64,000 nucleotides of DNA from Camelus ferus (taxonomy: Eukaryota), in assembly GCF_009834535.1 (NCBI RefSeq), contig NC_045697.1, positions 31,498,001 through 31,562,000 on the forward strand, given 5' to 3'. Made by a program: the position numbers and the translations under genes. Under the pieces are notes generated by a model. That model was not told the origin of the DNA. It saw only the letters and a list, made by a program, of their open reading frames with translations, and did no database searches. Of the stretch, positions 11,712 to 24,364 are shown piece after piece (position 1 is the first letter of the stretch; each line of letters starts with the position of its first letter).

Positions 11712-12846
11712 TGAGAAAGGAAAGATCAACCCTTGACCTCTATCAGCTGATATTTGTCTTGGTCATAAAAACCAGGCCACATTGTATCCTAATTAACAGA
11801 AACAGAATACCCACATCAAACAAGGTTCTGGATGACTGACTGAATGAGACAAAAATAAGACCATGTTGTAATCATGTGTGGGTACAATTCTAGAAAACTT
11901 TGCAACCACAGAAAGGACCAGAAATCCTCCTCTCTGAGCTCATAGGAGTAGCTGCTGCTTCTTTACCAATTAGCTCTAGCCCTACTCCCATCCTCCTACA
12001 GCCTAGATAAAAACTGCTAGGGTACTCAGTCATAGAATTTCCTTGCTTTTTTTTTTTTTAATGTTATTGTAGTGTAGTTAATTTACAATGTTAGTTTCTG
12101 GTGTACAGCAAGGTGATTCAGTCATACATATACATACATATATTTTTTTTCTTTCATTCTTTTCCATTATATGTTATTATAAGAAATTGAATATAGATTC
12201 CTGTGCTATACAGTAGGTCTTCGTTGTTTACCTATTTTATATATAGTAATATGTGTTTGTTAATCCTCAATCCCTAATTTATCCCTCCCCACCCTTTCCC
12301 CTTTGGTAACCATAGTTTGTTTTCTATGTCTGTAAGTCCGTTTTTGGTGTAAATAGAATTTGCATCTTTTTTTTGGATTCCACATATAAGTGATATCATA
12401 TGATATTTGTCTTTCTCTAACTTACTTCATTCAATATGATAATCTCTAGGTCCATGTATGTTGCTGCAAATGGCATTATTTCATTCTTTTTTATGGCTGA
12501 GTAATATTCCATTGTGTTATATATATACCACATCTTCTTTATTCAGGCATCTGTTGATGGACATTTAGATTGTTTCCATATCTTAGCTTTTGCTTTCTAA
12601 AAGTGCTCAACCCAGAACATATTTCTTTGAACACTGTCCAAAATTACTCTGCACAAAAAACTTTTAAAATATAAAACAGAATAAAACTTTAAATCTTTAA
12701 TGGCATTAATTTCTATCTGCTAACTCAAGCCCTCCCTAACCCCCTCTCACTGGCATACCCCAAAGTTTCCTATAGTGCATAGTTTTCTTCACTGGAAAAG
12801 GTCCATGATGATAGGTGTGTTTCTTGTGGCCTTTGGCAGGTGGACA
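11712..12846 (+). mobile_element. Old ERVL-type solo LTR (MER54/MER74/LTR53-like), interrupted by an L1
   Basis: Starts tgagaaaggaaagatcaaccc and ends ggtgtgtttcttgtggcctttggcaggtggaca (TG...CA). Internal gctgcttctttaccaatta motif. Confidence 0.6.
12050..12589 (-). mobile_element. 5'-truncated LINE-1 3' end nested in the LTR
   Basis: Poly-T, then antisense L1 3'UTR. Possible short TSD ttgcttt at 12043-12049 and 12590-12596. Confidence 0.9.
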
Positions 12847-13071
12847 TTGAAAGTCTGTTACTATCCCAGCAGCTACCTCTAGTTTAGTATTTCTTTGTGA
12901 AATCCAGAACCATATATTTACTGTCTACTGCTCAGTCCCAAGGCTTATTTCCCAGGTAGCTGAAAATTTATGAATTCCAAAATGAAAATGAGACATTATG
13001 CATCTTCATTTGCATTTTGTCCTTTATTATTTATTTTAATCAATGACTCCAATTTATACTTAATCTTAGAT

Positions 13072-13255
13072 TATGACTTTATTGTAGATGTTTTAGGTTC
13101 ACAGCAAAATTGAGGGGAAGGTGAAGGATTTATCATATATCTCCTGCCTCTACACACATAGCCACTCCCATTATCAACATTGCCCCCAAGAAAGGAACAT
13201 TTGTTTCCACTGATTAAACCTACATTGACACACTGAAATTACCTAAAGTCATTTT
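13072..13255 (-). mobile_element. L1MC-type 3' end fragment
   Basis: gactttatt...ttttaggttcacagcaaaattgag...acctacattgacaca is the reverse complement of text also seen at 32830-33020. Confidence 0.75.
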
Positions 13256-13276
13256 TTTTTTGACCAATCACCTCTT

Positions 13277-13675
13277 AATGTTTCCCAAACTTTCACTGAG
13301 CTAAGAATTACCAGGAAGTACTTGTAAAAAAAATACATATTCCTAAGCATCCCCCCAGACCCTCTAAATCAGAATCTCCAAGAGAGAAGCTGGGGAGGAT
13401 CAACTGTTCAATAACGTTCCAGGCAATTCTTATCGTCAAGGAAACTATAAAGACGGAAGGACAGAGAGGATGATCTGGGCTCCTCATATGACTAGCCACT
13501 TCTTGAGACACTTCATTAGTTCCCAAACTTGGCTTCATTGTGAATTTTTAAAAAGTACTGATTCTTCTCACCCCAGATATTCTGATTTAATTGGCATAGA
13601 GTGCCAACAAAGCGTTGGAATTCTTTAAAGCTCTGCATATTACTTTGATAAGCAGCAAATTTTCAGAACTGCTGA
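13277..13675. mobile_element. Two adjacent MER5-type hAT-Charlie MITE fossils (~13277-13450 and ~13515-13675)
   Basis: tttcccaaactt...ccccagacc...aatcagaatctcc and ttcccaaacttggc...ccccagatattctgatttaattgg...agaactgctg. Confidence 0.7.
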
Positions 13676-14169
13676 CCCAGTTAGGAAGACTTGTCCCAGC
13701 ACATCCCTGCGAGTTTAGGAGTAAGAAACATTTCTGTCCTCAGCATCTCTGAGTTTAATTTGTAGCCTCTTGTGGGAAGAGAGGAAAGAAGAAAAACTTC
13801 AAGTCTATTCATTTTCTTAAAGTAGAAAAAGATGGTGGATTGGAATATTGACACTGATTTTTTGTTGGTTAGTTCGTTGTGCTTTTACGGAAACAAAGGA
13901 GTGCTCAACATATTGCTAATTAGCTAGTGGACTAGTTAATAAAATATTCAGTAACTAGCAATGAGAAACCATTTCATTTTTGTCTTGGTCTCTCTGTCTT
14001 CCCTGGGCCTCTGTGCCCTTTAAGAGTTAAGACTGCCATGATCTTCTTTACAAAACTTGTGAGTCTGTGAATGTAAAGTGTTGTAAACACTGCTAATAAT
14101 ATGAAGTATTATCATTCTCTTCCTGTGACAATGAGACTATGAAGTAATTTTATTATACTCATTAAATTC

Positions 14170-14331
14170 TATTCTTTTTTCTTTCCTTTTTAAATTTTGT
14201 TTATTTTATTTTTTTTGTAGGCGGGAGAGGTAATTGGGTTCATTATTTATTTTTAATGGAGGTACTGGGGATTGAACCCAGTACCTTGTGCATGCTAAGC
14301 ATTCACTCTACCACTGCACTATACCCTCTCC
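14170..14331 (-). mobile_element. Vic-1-type camelid SINE (tRNA-Ala(AGC)-derived)
   Basis: Minus strand reads GGAGAGGGTATAGTGCAGTGGTAGAGTGAATGCTTAGCATGCACAAGGTACTGGGTTCAATCCCCAGTACCTCCA, then an A-rich tail with CCAATTACCTC. Degenerate A box, intact B box GGTTCAATCC. Confidence 0.9.
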
Positions 14332-14609
14332 AAGGATTCTTACCTAGCAATAATTTGAGGAAAAGCAACCTCAAGAAAATTCTACTGTGTGTGCACCTTG
14401 AGCTTGTCTATGCAGCTCAAGTTCACACACCTGAGAAGAGACTCTTCTACAGGCAAGACTAACGTGAAGAAACTGGGCAAGTGAGTTTCTTTCTATGTCC
14501 TCAAATATGCAGCAGACTCTCCATAGATTCAGTCTAGCCTAACATTCGTAAGTATTTTATTAACAATGAGCACATGGGTCTAAGCACCCACGACAGTATG
14601 TTCTGCACA

Positions 14610-14882
14610 ATGAATTGGCAGATGTGAGCTGAGTACCTGCTGTGTTGGAAGCATGATGCCCTGTGCTGAGGCAGCCTGGTGAACAGAAAAAATGTGCTCT
14701 ACGTCCTCAGAGAATTTACAGTCAAGCAAGGGGAGACAACTGTGTTAAAGCAATACCGGGAGACTGTGAGCTCCATTAAGCCAGGGACCCTGTCTGTCTC
14801 TCACTGATAAATCCTTGGAATCTAGTTAAGTGAAATCTAGCAACATAATTTGCTCAGTCTAAATGAAGTGAATAAATAAATA
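14610..14882. mobile_element. L2 fragments (minus ~14610-14750; plus-strand 3' end ~14760-14882)
   Basis: ctgagtacctgctgtgt...cctcagagaatttacagtc and agactgtgagctcca...agggaccctgtctgtc...tgaataaataaa. Confidence 0.6.
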
Positions 14883-16229
14883 CAGGACAGTTTCAGGAAA
14901 CCCCTCTTCTCCTCATTATGTGCTTTCAATATTCTTTATCTGAAGCTCATGTGGGCTATGCTAGAAATTTTCTCTTTACTTTCATCTTTCCAGAAGACTG
15001 TGGGAATTAAGAAGCCTATTAATCCTCTGCATTATTTCTCAGGCTTTGGTTTAGCCCAGTATAGTATCTGCACTGTAGCTCTGAACCAGCTAAGTGTAAG
15101 CCATTATCGTGTTTTCTGCTTGCCATTTTCCCATCGGCCCTGTTGATGAGAGATAGCTGTTATCTGAATCAAGATTCATCTATTTACAACAATATTGATT
15201 TAACGTTCCCTTTGAGCACCTACATCTCATCACTTTTCTTTCACAAGTATGATAAAATCCCTTTAAGGAAATTAAGAAAAAGCACATAGGTAGGGCAGTT
15301 GACCCAGGGTTGAGGCCCATGGAAGAATTTCTGGAGGAAGTGACATTTGAACCTGAATTGTTGTCAAGGATATTTCCTAAAATGTGAAGAGGAATTTTCC
15401 TCTAGCATGTCAGAATTAATTGCTACTTGGAAGATATGGAATATTTTAAGTATCATTAAATATCTCTAAGCTTTTAAGTTCAAAGCATTTCATTATCTTA
15501 TGTAATATAACTTTTCTCTAGCTTTCCTATATTCAAAACGAAATAATTTAACAACCAAAATGAAATCACAGTGATTTGACTAAGAAATAAAAGCACAAAA
15601 ATTGTTGACTTATTTGTTGTATGTTTATATAAATACTTCTATTGTATAACAATTAATTAATTTAATAAACAGAATCACTATGAATACAGGTAGATTTGCA
15701 GAGGTATATCAAATATTCTCCTTTACCTAGCACTATCAATAAAGAAATTTACTCATTTAGGTGTGATAAATATCAAATTAGTAAAATTTTGTCATCAATA
15801 TCTTAGTTTGCATATCTTAATAAGATTATGAAGAAGAGTCATTGATTAAGAGGACTCTGAGGTAGATAAATTGAATAATTTTAGTCTCTGAAAAGCAATG
15901 AATGCAGTTATGAAAGCTATTCAAGTTATTTAGAATTGTGAACTTGTGAAGGCATCATAGGGACAAGGCCATCCAGTGGACCCGCATGAATGACTTCTGC
16001 AGGGTTTTAGGGAGATCACCATGAGCTGGCTGGCTGGACATGTTGAACGTGTCAGAAAACAAGTAAGTGTACACACTACATTCAACAAAGAATTGAGTCC
16101 TCTTTGTGGGCTGAAGAGGAGTTTGATATGTTTGACACTTTTTTTAGGAAAAGCAAGTCCAAATAGAAGTCTATGTAAGGAAGATTAAAAAAATATAGTT
16201 GATTATTTCTATCATTGGAATTCACTACA

Positions 16230-16430
16230 TATCTGACCAGAGAGTTGACTCAGACAATTCTGAACCTTGCTGTTTTGACTTGCTCTTTCTCTGCCTCCAT
16301 TTTCTCATTTATAAAACCAAGATAGTAATAGTATTTAATCATAACAATGCTTGATCATTAAGTAAATTAATATGTGAAAGTGCTTACAACAGTGGCCACC
16401 ACATAGTAAGTGCTAATAAGTGTGTCGATA
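16230..16430 (+). mobile_element. MIR SINE fossil
   Basis: ctctgcctccattttctcatttataaaa...aaagtgcttacaacagtg...acatagtaagtgctaataa. Confidence 0.75.
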
Positions 16431-16724
16431 TTAATAAAATGACTTGGCTTCTGTGCCCTTGAGGTCCAACAAAGTTATTTCTGCCATAAAATTAGTGTAA
16501 TTGCTCCCCTCATCCATCCTCCTGTTAACTCTTTCCATTTTATTCCTTTCCATTCTATTATCCACTCACTCAAGGGCTTTATTTTTGTTTCCTTTGCCCA
16601 CCTCCTCCCTCTGTGACCCCCTGCTGAAAATTGTCTCCCAAGCAGCCTCAGGGTCTGTGGCCCTTTCCTCTGTCCCAACTGGCCAGACATTGCATCCCTA
16701 CCAATTGTCTTCCACTTATTCAAC

Positions 16725-17120
16725 TGCTCACTCACTCATTATTTCTTGAGCACCTGTCAGATAGATCAGACTCAAGACACACAGTTTGAACAAGATAATC
16801 CTGGTGCCCATAAATATACAATCCACTCTCTATTTAGGAATCAGTAGTCACAGTATGAATATTTTCAGTGTGGCAGTTGTAACTAAAAAGTGTATGTAAA
16901 GTACTAATAAATGAGTAGAAAGAAATCTTCCCTAATTAGTATTAGCTGGTTGGTGAGGTCAAGAAAAGCATTGATGAGGAATAGATATTTTAGTTGCTGT
17001 GGAGAAGTACTTGGCCAGATGAAAACTGGGCAGGAGGGAGGGTAGGAGATTCAGGGAGAAAGAAAGGCATATTAAAAGTCCTGAAGTAAAGGAGAGGACA
17101 GTCCACTGAAGTGAAGAAAG
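16725..17120 (-). mobile_element. L2 LINE fossil
   Basis: cactcactcatt...ttgagcacctg...gaacaagataatcctggtgccc...gaggtcaagaaaagcattgatgagga. Confidence 0.55.
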
Positions 17121-17144
17121 TCATTAGTTTTGAAAGATATTAAA

Positions 17145-17775
17145 TTCCAGGAAATTTTCTGTAATTATTGTTTCAAATATTTCGTGTTCCTTTCTCTCTT
17201 TCTTCTCCTTCTGGTAGTACCACTACCTGTATGTTACACCTTTTGTAATTTGCTCACAGTCCTTGGATATTCGGTTCTGTTGTGTATTTTTTTCGTCTTT
17301 TGTTCTCTATTCTTTTTAGTTTTTGAAGAGTCTCTTGATATATCATCTAGCTCAGAGAGCCTTTCCTCAGCTGTTTCCAGCCTGCTAGTACTCTCATCAG
17401 AGCATTTTCCATTTGTGTTCAGCGTGTTTCATCTCTGGTGTTTCCTTTTGGTTCTTTCTTAGGCTTTCTATCCCTCTGCTTACATTGCCATCTGTTCTTG
17501 AATGCTGTCTACTTTATCCATTAGGGTCCTTCACATGTTAATCATAATTGTTTTAAATTCTTTGTCTGATAATTCCAACATTCCTGCCAGATCTGGCTCT
17601 AATGCTTGCTCTGTCTCTTCAAGTTTTGTTTGTTTGTTTTTTCTTTTAGTACACCTTGTAATTTTTTTCTTGATATTCAAACATGATGATCCAGGTAAAA
17701 GAACTGCTGTAAATAAAACTTTAGTCACGTGGTGGTAAGATGGATGGGAAGTAGCATTCTGTAGTCCCATGATTA
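17145..17775 (-). mobile_element. Old L1 (L1MC/L1MD-type) 5'/ORF1-region fragment
   Basis: Minus-strand peptide LEETEQALEPDLAGMLELSDKEFKTIMINM and gaaattttctgtaattattgtttcaaatattt resemble old L1 ORF1. Confidence 0.75.
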
Positions 17776-20129
17776 TACTGACAAACTGTTGACCCCAAAT
17801 AATTTTTAAATACTTTTTTCAGCTGTAATGCTATGAAAAATAAAAGTCATTAACCCAAGTTTTAGCGCAGACATGGGCTGAGGCTCTCATAGGAGTGTCA
17901 AAATAATTCTGTTGTTTTTGTTTGTTTTGAAGAAACAGCCTTCTACATTTGTTTAGTAGTTACTACCTTCTGTTTGTGCAATTCTGATTATTTTTTCCCT
18001 TCCAAATGCTGAATATTCAACATTTTTCACACATAATACCCTCTTATCTATTGGTCACAGAACCGAAGCACTTGATACTAAATTTAGAAGGGGAATAGAC
18101 GGCTCTCCTGCATCGTGGGAAAAATAATCCTGAAAGAGACAATGATACTTTTGGGAACTGTTCCACTCATTTTTTGCTATTCTGCTTGAAAGCAGAGTTA
18201 AGTGGGTGAAGTAAGAAACATATAGAAGTTAGCAGAAGAAACTCCTATAGACAAAGTCACTTTTGTTAGAGAAGCCTCAGTGGAGTGAAAATGGTCAGCT
18301 GGGAGAACGTGGGCAGGGAAGAGTTAAATACTAAGGCCTGACTCAGTTCTAAGCACTAAGCTATATGTGTCAAAGTTGTGTTTAAGTTTTCCTATTTCCC
18401 AACTCAAATCACCAGGATAGAAAACTGGAAGTGTAAGAATATGGGCCTTTGGCATGTGCCAGAAATGAGCGATGCATACGATGTCTTCAGGGGTCATATA
18501 TTCTCAGTAACTTAAAGACATTGAACAGATTTCTAAATAGTATCTTGGGATTCAACAGTTTGAGATCTGTTTTCATTACATCTAGGACACAGTATTCACA
18601 AAACTTATTTTTTATCAGCTGGTATTATGTGCACACTTTTCTGCCTATATTTTTCTCCTTTGTATTTTTGAATGGAATTGATCATGTTGGGGTTTAATCC
18701 CAACCAATCTGCCATTTCTTTCTTTTTTTTTCCTCAATAATTCACATTTGGAGCTTTGAGGACTGTGAATTTTCTTTTCCATAAAAGAAAGAGCCTATCT
18801 TGTACTCATAATTGTCGCTGAATTTGAGATGGTAGATATTTACCAATAAACTTTTTTCCATATAAAGCTTTAAAAATACCAATGAGATTGGAAATAAGAA
18901 ACCGCTAAAACGGCTTTCAACTTAAAAAAAATCTAAAGTACTCATTCAAATGCTTTTGCTTTTTGTTCCTTTCAAAAGAGCTTTTATTGAGCAGCAAAAG
19001 ATTTATGTTGGAAGAAATATGGAGCTTAGCTACATCAGAAATTAGATATATATAAATGAGGATATCTAAGTGTTTTTATAGATAGGGTATTACATGAAAA
19101 AAAAAAAAGCTTTTGGTACAGAAATCTTGCTATCTTAATGAAAAATAACATTTCCAGTATCAGTATTGTGGGGGTCAAATCTCTCCTATAAATTACTGCT
19201 TTATCTATTATGAGTAAAGTTACATATTCTCCTATTGCTTTCATGAATATTATGAAATTTTTAGTGGTCTCATTGTACCTAGATTTCTGATTCAGTATCC
19301 ATTTCCAGTGGAAAAATAATAAATATCAGACATATAGAATACCTATAGCTATAAAGGAAATAAATGTTTTATGCGAAGTGAGCATAAATATAACATATGC
19401 ATTGGAGGCAAACAGAGATTCTTCTAGGTAACCGAGGAGTTTGAAAGGAAAGAACAATATAAGACATCAGACTATTTAATGCCTGAAGACAGTAAAGAAG
19501 GGAGGGAATGACAAGAGGGAATCAATTAAAGAAAGAAAAAAAGGGACAGGATAAAATGCCCTATTCGAATATTTCTTCTGATAATAACTTGACAGATGTT
19601 GTACTTTACTTGCAAAATATCCCATCCACATTTAGAATATTCCACAAATGATTTCTCTCTCAACCAGAGTTTGAAACTCTGAATTGGCAAAAGTGGAAAG
19701 AGGACTTACATTTTGTGACATCCCCAGTGGATTCTCCCACTAGCTCGCTACACAAGAAAGGGACCTGGTACAACTATCAACAGCATGTGGGTTAAGCAGA
19801 TGGAACCAGCAGTCATCTGGGTCAGGGGTCAGTATAGATGAGTTCTTGAACACCTTGAGCTTTTACACATTTTGCAAACCTTGAATGCAATTACTTACAG
19901 ATATTTTCTACAGAAAATATTGATTCCCTGGGCTGACTCTAGGAAGGTTAATGTTTCCACTACTCTGGACGAGTAAGAGACATGCTAAGACAGAGGGCAG
20001 CCTGATTTCCAATCCACTGTGGCAAAGCTATGCAGAAGGACTTAATTATTCGGGAAAACTAATTGTTACAGGGATAATATTAAGAATTAATAATATGATT
20101 TTAAAAAGAGTTAGCACCTTAAATGTTTT

Positions 20130-20340
20130 AGTTAGGTAATATTCTTTAAAAATTATGATGTATAAACTTGTTTAATTTTAACAATCTTATGAGTTATATG
20201 CTAATAATTTCCTCTGCCTTGGAGACGGAAAGGCTAAGGAAAATTCTCTGAAGTCACAGAGCTAGGAAGAGGCAGGGCTAGAGCTAAATCAAGAGAGTCT
20301 GGATCCAGAGTTTTTACTCTCAACCACTACACTCTACTGC
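20130..20340 (-). mobile_element. MIR SINE fossil
   Basis: aacaatcttatgag...gtcacagagctaggaagaggcagggc...gtctggatccagag...ctcaaccactacac. Confidence 0.7.
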
Positions 20341-20527
20341 CTGTCCTTGGGTGTTTTCTCTACAATTGTTGAACAGTGAACATAACTAAGGTCTTCAATT
20401 TCCAGGAAGTATAGCAAAAAATTTTCATATAGAAAATGGTGTAACAGTACAAAATTGTGTCTGCTCAGGATAAAAGCAATAGAATTCAGATCAAACAGCT
20501 CATCAAAGGCAAAGAAGTTTTTATAGT

Positions 20528-21749
20528 CATCGCTGAGCCAGTAAATTGTAACAGTCAAGTCTCCAGAATAAAAATATATATTTATAATATTCATACTGTT
20601 ATAAATTTTATGGCTATAAAGGATATATAGCATGGGACTCAAACATAACAATAAATATGCAATCATTTTATTGTAAATTCTCTGTAGCCAATTGATTCTC
20701 ACAAAGTGCTTTGCTGATTATTGCTGAATTCGTAGGCAAACCTATGGCTGCAATTCAACGATTGACAAACGGAATTGCGTTTCAATCCACTAACTCTTCT
20801 CAATATTTTTTTTCTTTAAATATGATATTCTATAAGCAATGAGATCTTGAATTAAATCCTGGACCAGTAAACTGGTGAAATTCAAATAAGGTCTGTAGAT
20901 TGCTCAGGAGTCATATCAATGTTCATTTTTCTGGTATTGATAATTATACTGTGATTGTGTAACGTGTTATAATTAGGAGAAGCTGAGTGAAGGGCAAATA
21001 AGAACTCTGTAATTCTTTCTGCAGGGCTAAAATTATTTCCAAGCGAAAAGTTAATAAAAAGTATTTCTCAAGTAAATACATAAATATGATATATGACAAC
21101 TAAACTATTCCTGACCTTCATGCAGATTATATTCATTGAAATGAAGCTACTTTCATCCTTAAGATTATTTCCCAAATTCTCTTATTTCTCAATGATGTAA
21201 ACAAATGCTGAATCAGATAATATTTTTCAAAGTATTTTCTGAATTTGTATGGTATTTACAATGAAATAGCTAGACACATAGCACACTTTCAAATAAAGTT
21301 CACATTATTAACCTTCTTTCATCACTTACTTAAGTAAACAATCAACAAAAAAACCAGTTGAACCTGAATTGGTAGGTTTGATTGGTTTCCACTGTGTAAA
21401 TATTCTAACACAATGGCCAATTTCAAGCTACTAACGTGATGTCACTGAACACAGAGCTGGGGAAGAGATTGGCAGTAATTCCCTATTACAGGATAATCTC
21501 ACCATATAGATAAACAATAGATATAAATAATCTCAAGAGTACAAATAATAATAAAATGTAGTGAAATAATTAGGAAATGATGAGTGGTGGGCATTTATTA
21601 CCTTTGTTTTTAATATAACTTGTTTAACTGTAAGTTTATAAAATTCAATTTTTAATATTGGCTGTATTTAGAAACTGGCTCACAAAATCTCTATAAATTT
21701 AACAAATGCATCCTGCAAATCAGTTTGAGTTGGCTCTAACACATTGCTC
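20528..21749 (-). mobile_element. MER63C/D-type hAT (Blackjack group) DNA transposon, interrupted by an L1 fragment
   Basis: Degenerate termini at both ends. Internal tagccaattgattctcaca, atttcaagctactaacgtgatgtcactgaac and ttattacctttgtttttaatataa match antisense MER63 as recalled. Confidence 0.8.
20840..21065 (+). mobile_element. Old L1 (L1MC/ME-type) 3' end nested in MER63
   Basis: aactggtgaaattcaaataaggtctgtagatt...gaagctgagtgaaggg...gaactctgta...ctaaaattatttccaa. Confidence 0.7.
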
Positions 21750-22499
21750 CTGGGAATAGCAAGGACTGGAATAGCCAAGGAATAAGGAAGGCAGATAAGA
21801 TGAGAACAAGAAACACCAGTCAAAACCAGGGAATGGGAGAAAGCAAGGTTCAATGTTACAGTGGTACTGAAGCTTGTTTCTACTGCCCCTAGAAGATGGT
21901 GAGGATGAGAGGAGTTCAAATACTGGACCTCAAACAGAATGGCCAACTCATTCACAGGTATTCTCTTCTGATCCTCCCAGGGCACTATTTTGGACCCCCA
22001 TATTGCCAAGAACCAAAAAACAATCCTCATGCATTCCACCTGCATCCAAATGTTGAAATTTGTTTACAGATGTGCAGTCCTGCAGGGCTAGCAGTAGTGG
22101 ACATTGTGTCACAGAGAATGACTGACATGATAAAGGGGAAAGGAGAACTGTTACTGGCTTGATAAACTCAAATCCTGGCAGTGGAACCAAGCCTTCCAGC
22201 ATGAAACAAAAATAGATGGCATATGGTTTATGCTTAACAAAATTAATATATTTTCCCACTTCTAAATGAGCATCATTAGGGCAAGTATTTGCCTTTTATA
22301 GTTCACTGTTGTCATTCCAGAGCTTAAAACATAAAGGGCATCTAGAATAAATGCATGCAGAAGACAGGAAATCTCTACCTGGCTCCACCTGGACTTTCTC
22401 ACCTTGCGTGGCATTTTTCAGCTATGACCTTGCATCCTTTCATAACGTCACATGGTGATGGGCCTTCACACATCTGCATGGTTGGCTTCTCTTTTGTAG

Positions 22500-22745
22500 A
22501 GCAGTAAAACGGAAAAGTCTCTAGGCTGGAATTAGACCTGATTTTGATTTCTAATTCTGTTGCTTACCCATGTGGCATTGAACAGGGCACTTCACCACTT
22601 TAAACCTCATACTCCTCATGTCCTAATTGGGAACTAACTATAATTCTCATACCTGTGATTTCAAAATTATATATATCTATATAGAGATAGATGTATATAG
22701 ATATAGCTTGATATGGTACCTACAAGAACTCAGCAAATGACAACA
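22500..22745 (+). mobile_element. MIR SINE fossil with internal (TA)n/(GATA)n
   Basis: agacctgattttgatttctaattctgttgcttac...aacctcatactcctcat. Confidence 0.6.
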
Positions 22746-22957
22746 GCCCACAGAATGCATCATTGTATGTGTGTGTGCAATGGGTGATATTTTGTTGTTT
22801 TTTTGTGGTTGTTGCTATTTTTAATGCTGGAGCTTGTATAATGAACAGGATTCCAACTAAGCTGAAGGACATGGAACATGTTACTTTTCATTTTCCATCT
22901 AAGTTAGGTCTTCATATATTTGGGTGGTAATCTTTCATAGTATTCATAGGCAAATCC

Positions 22958-22989
<32 letters not shown>

Positions 22990-23006
22990 TATATACGTAT
23001 ATATGT
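22958..23006. repeat. (TA)n(CA)n microsatellite
   Basis: Read directly from the sequence. Confidence 0.95.
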
Positions 23007-23969
23007 GAAATTGTCAGATTTTAACTAGGAAAGTCATACTGGAGAAAGTGGCACCCTCTTGTTTGAGAGGGAGAGCCAGATTTACACCTGGCCTGTAATG
23101 GGCCTCTCAACCTTGAAGCTTGGTCCTAGGCACACTTCTCTTATACTACATCCTCTCTCTGTCTATCATCATTCACTCCCATGACTTCAATAACCATCTG
23201 TTGACCCTGACAACCCAAATATATCTCCCTAATCTGTTGATCTAACCCATGTAGGTAATTAATAGCTGTCATGTACTGAGTTCTCACCCACCTAAACATC
23301 ATACTTATCACAATGTGTTTAAAAACACACATATAAAGCATCACGCTAATGTCATAATAATGACATTTTTGCCAGTTGCAACATTGTTTCTCTACCTGTC
23401 CATATTGTGTTGTCCAAAATTAGAGCATATTGTTCAAATCTACTCTGAACCCTTCAGTAGACAAAAATACCAATAGCAACCATTACAATACAAGAAGAAA
23501 TGAGAAAGCAACTAAAATCTCATGAACAGGAAATTCTTTTAAATAGGAAGAAAATGAAAGCACTTTTTAAGTGTTGAATTAACTTTGTTATTTGCTGTAT
23601 AAGCAAGGAAGAATTTTACTACACTCTTAGGTGTTGTCTTTTAAAAATGTGGCTGCACATGTGAAAAGTTGAAGCTGTGCTTTTATCAAAGCTGCAGCAC
23701 AGCAACCCACTGTGCCCAGTGATTCTGAAATAAGTACAATTTGCTTGTAATGGTTTCTCTGAGTACAAAAACCTTAATTCTCTGTTATTTTCTAGTTCAA
23801 TTTCATTAAATTCAAAATTGATTTTTAATATACTCTATAAATGTGCTGAAAATTCCCAAGAGCTTTGAAAACTTGAGGTTTAATACTTGAAATAAGATAT
23901 TACAGACTTGAAAATATCTTTATCATTATCCCCTTTCCTACATAACCTCCTACCAGGTAGCTCACCAAG

Positions 23970-23970
<1 letters not shown>

Positions 23971-24021
<51 letters not shown>

Positions 24022-24036
24022 ACACATATATATATA
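23971..24036. repeat. (CA)n microsatellite with TA flanks
   Basis: Read directly from the sequence. Confidence 0.95.
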
Positions 24037-24364
24037 CTTAAAGTATTCATACTGAATTATTCTTTGTCTTTCTAGTTGTATCATGTACTGTATTACCTAT
24101 AACTAAAAGCCAAAATAGTTGATGAACTTTTTAGAGACTCTTGTTCTGTTGGCTTTTGATGAAGAAGATAGAGAATTCTACATCCTGTGTTTCCAATGGT
24201 TCATAATAACAAGGAAAATGGCCACCAAACTCCAGCTGATGCTTCTGCCAGAGTGCTTTAAATATATCAGAAGATGTAAACTCTTACAGAGGGCATCAAA
24301 CAATTCCAAGACAGGTGATTGAGAAAGGGTTTGTGTGATTTTTTTGTTTGTTTGTTTGCAAAGA

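Noticed and set aside
14257..14331. Functional tRNA-Ala gene
   Set aside because: Mutated A box and stems plus a SINE tail; it is a SINE head.
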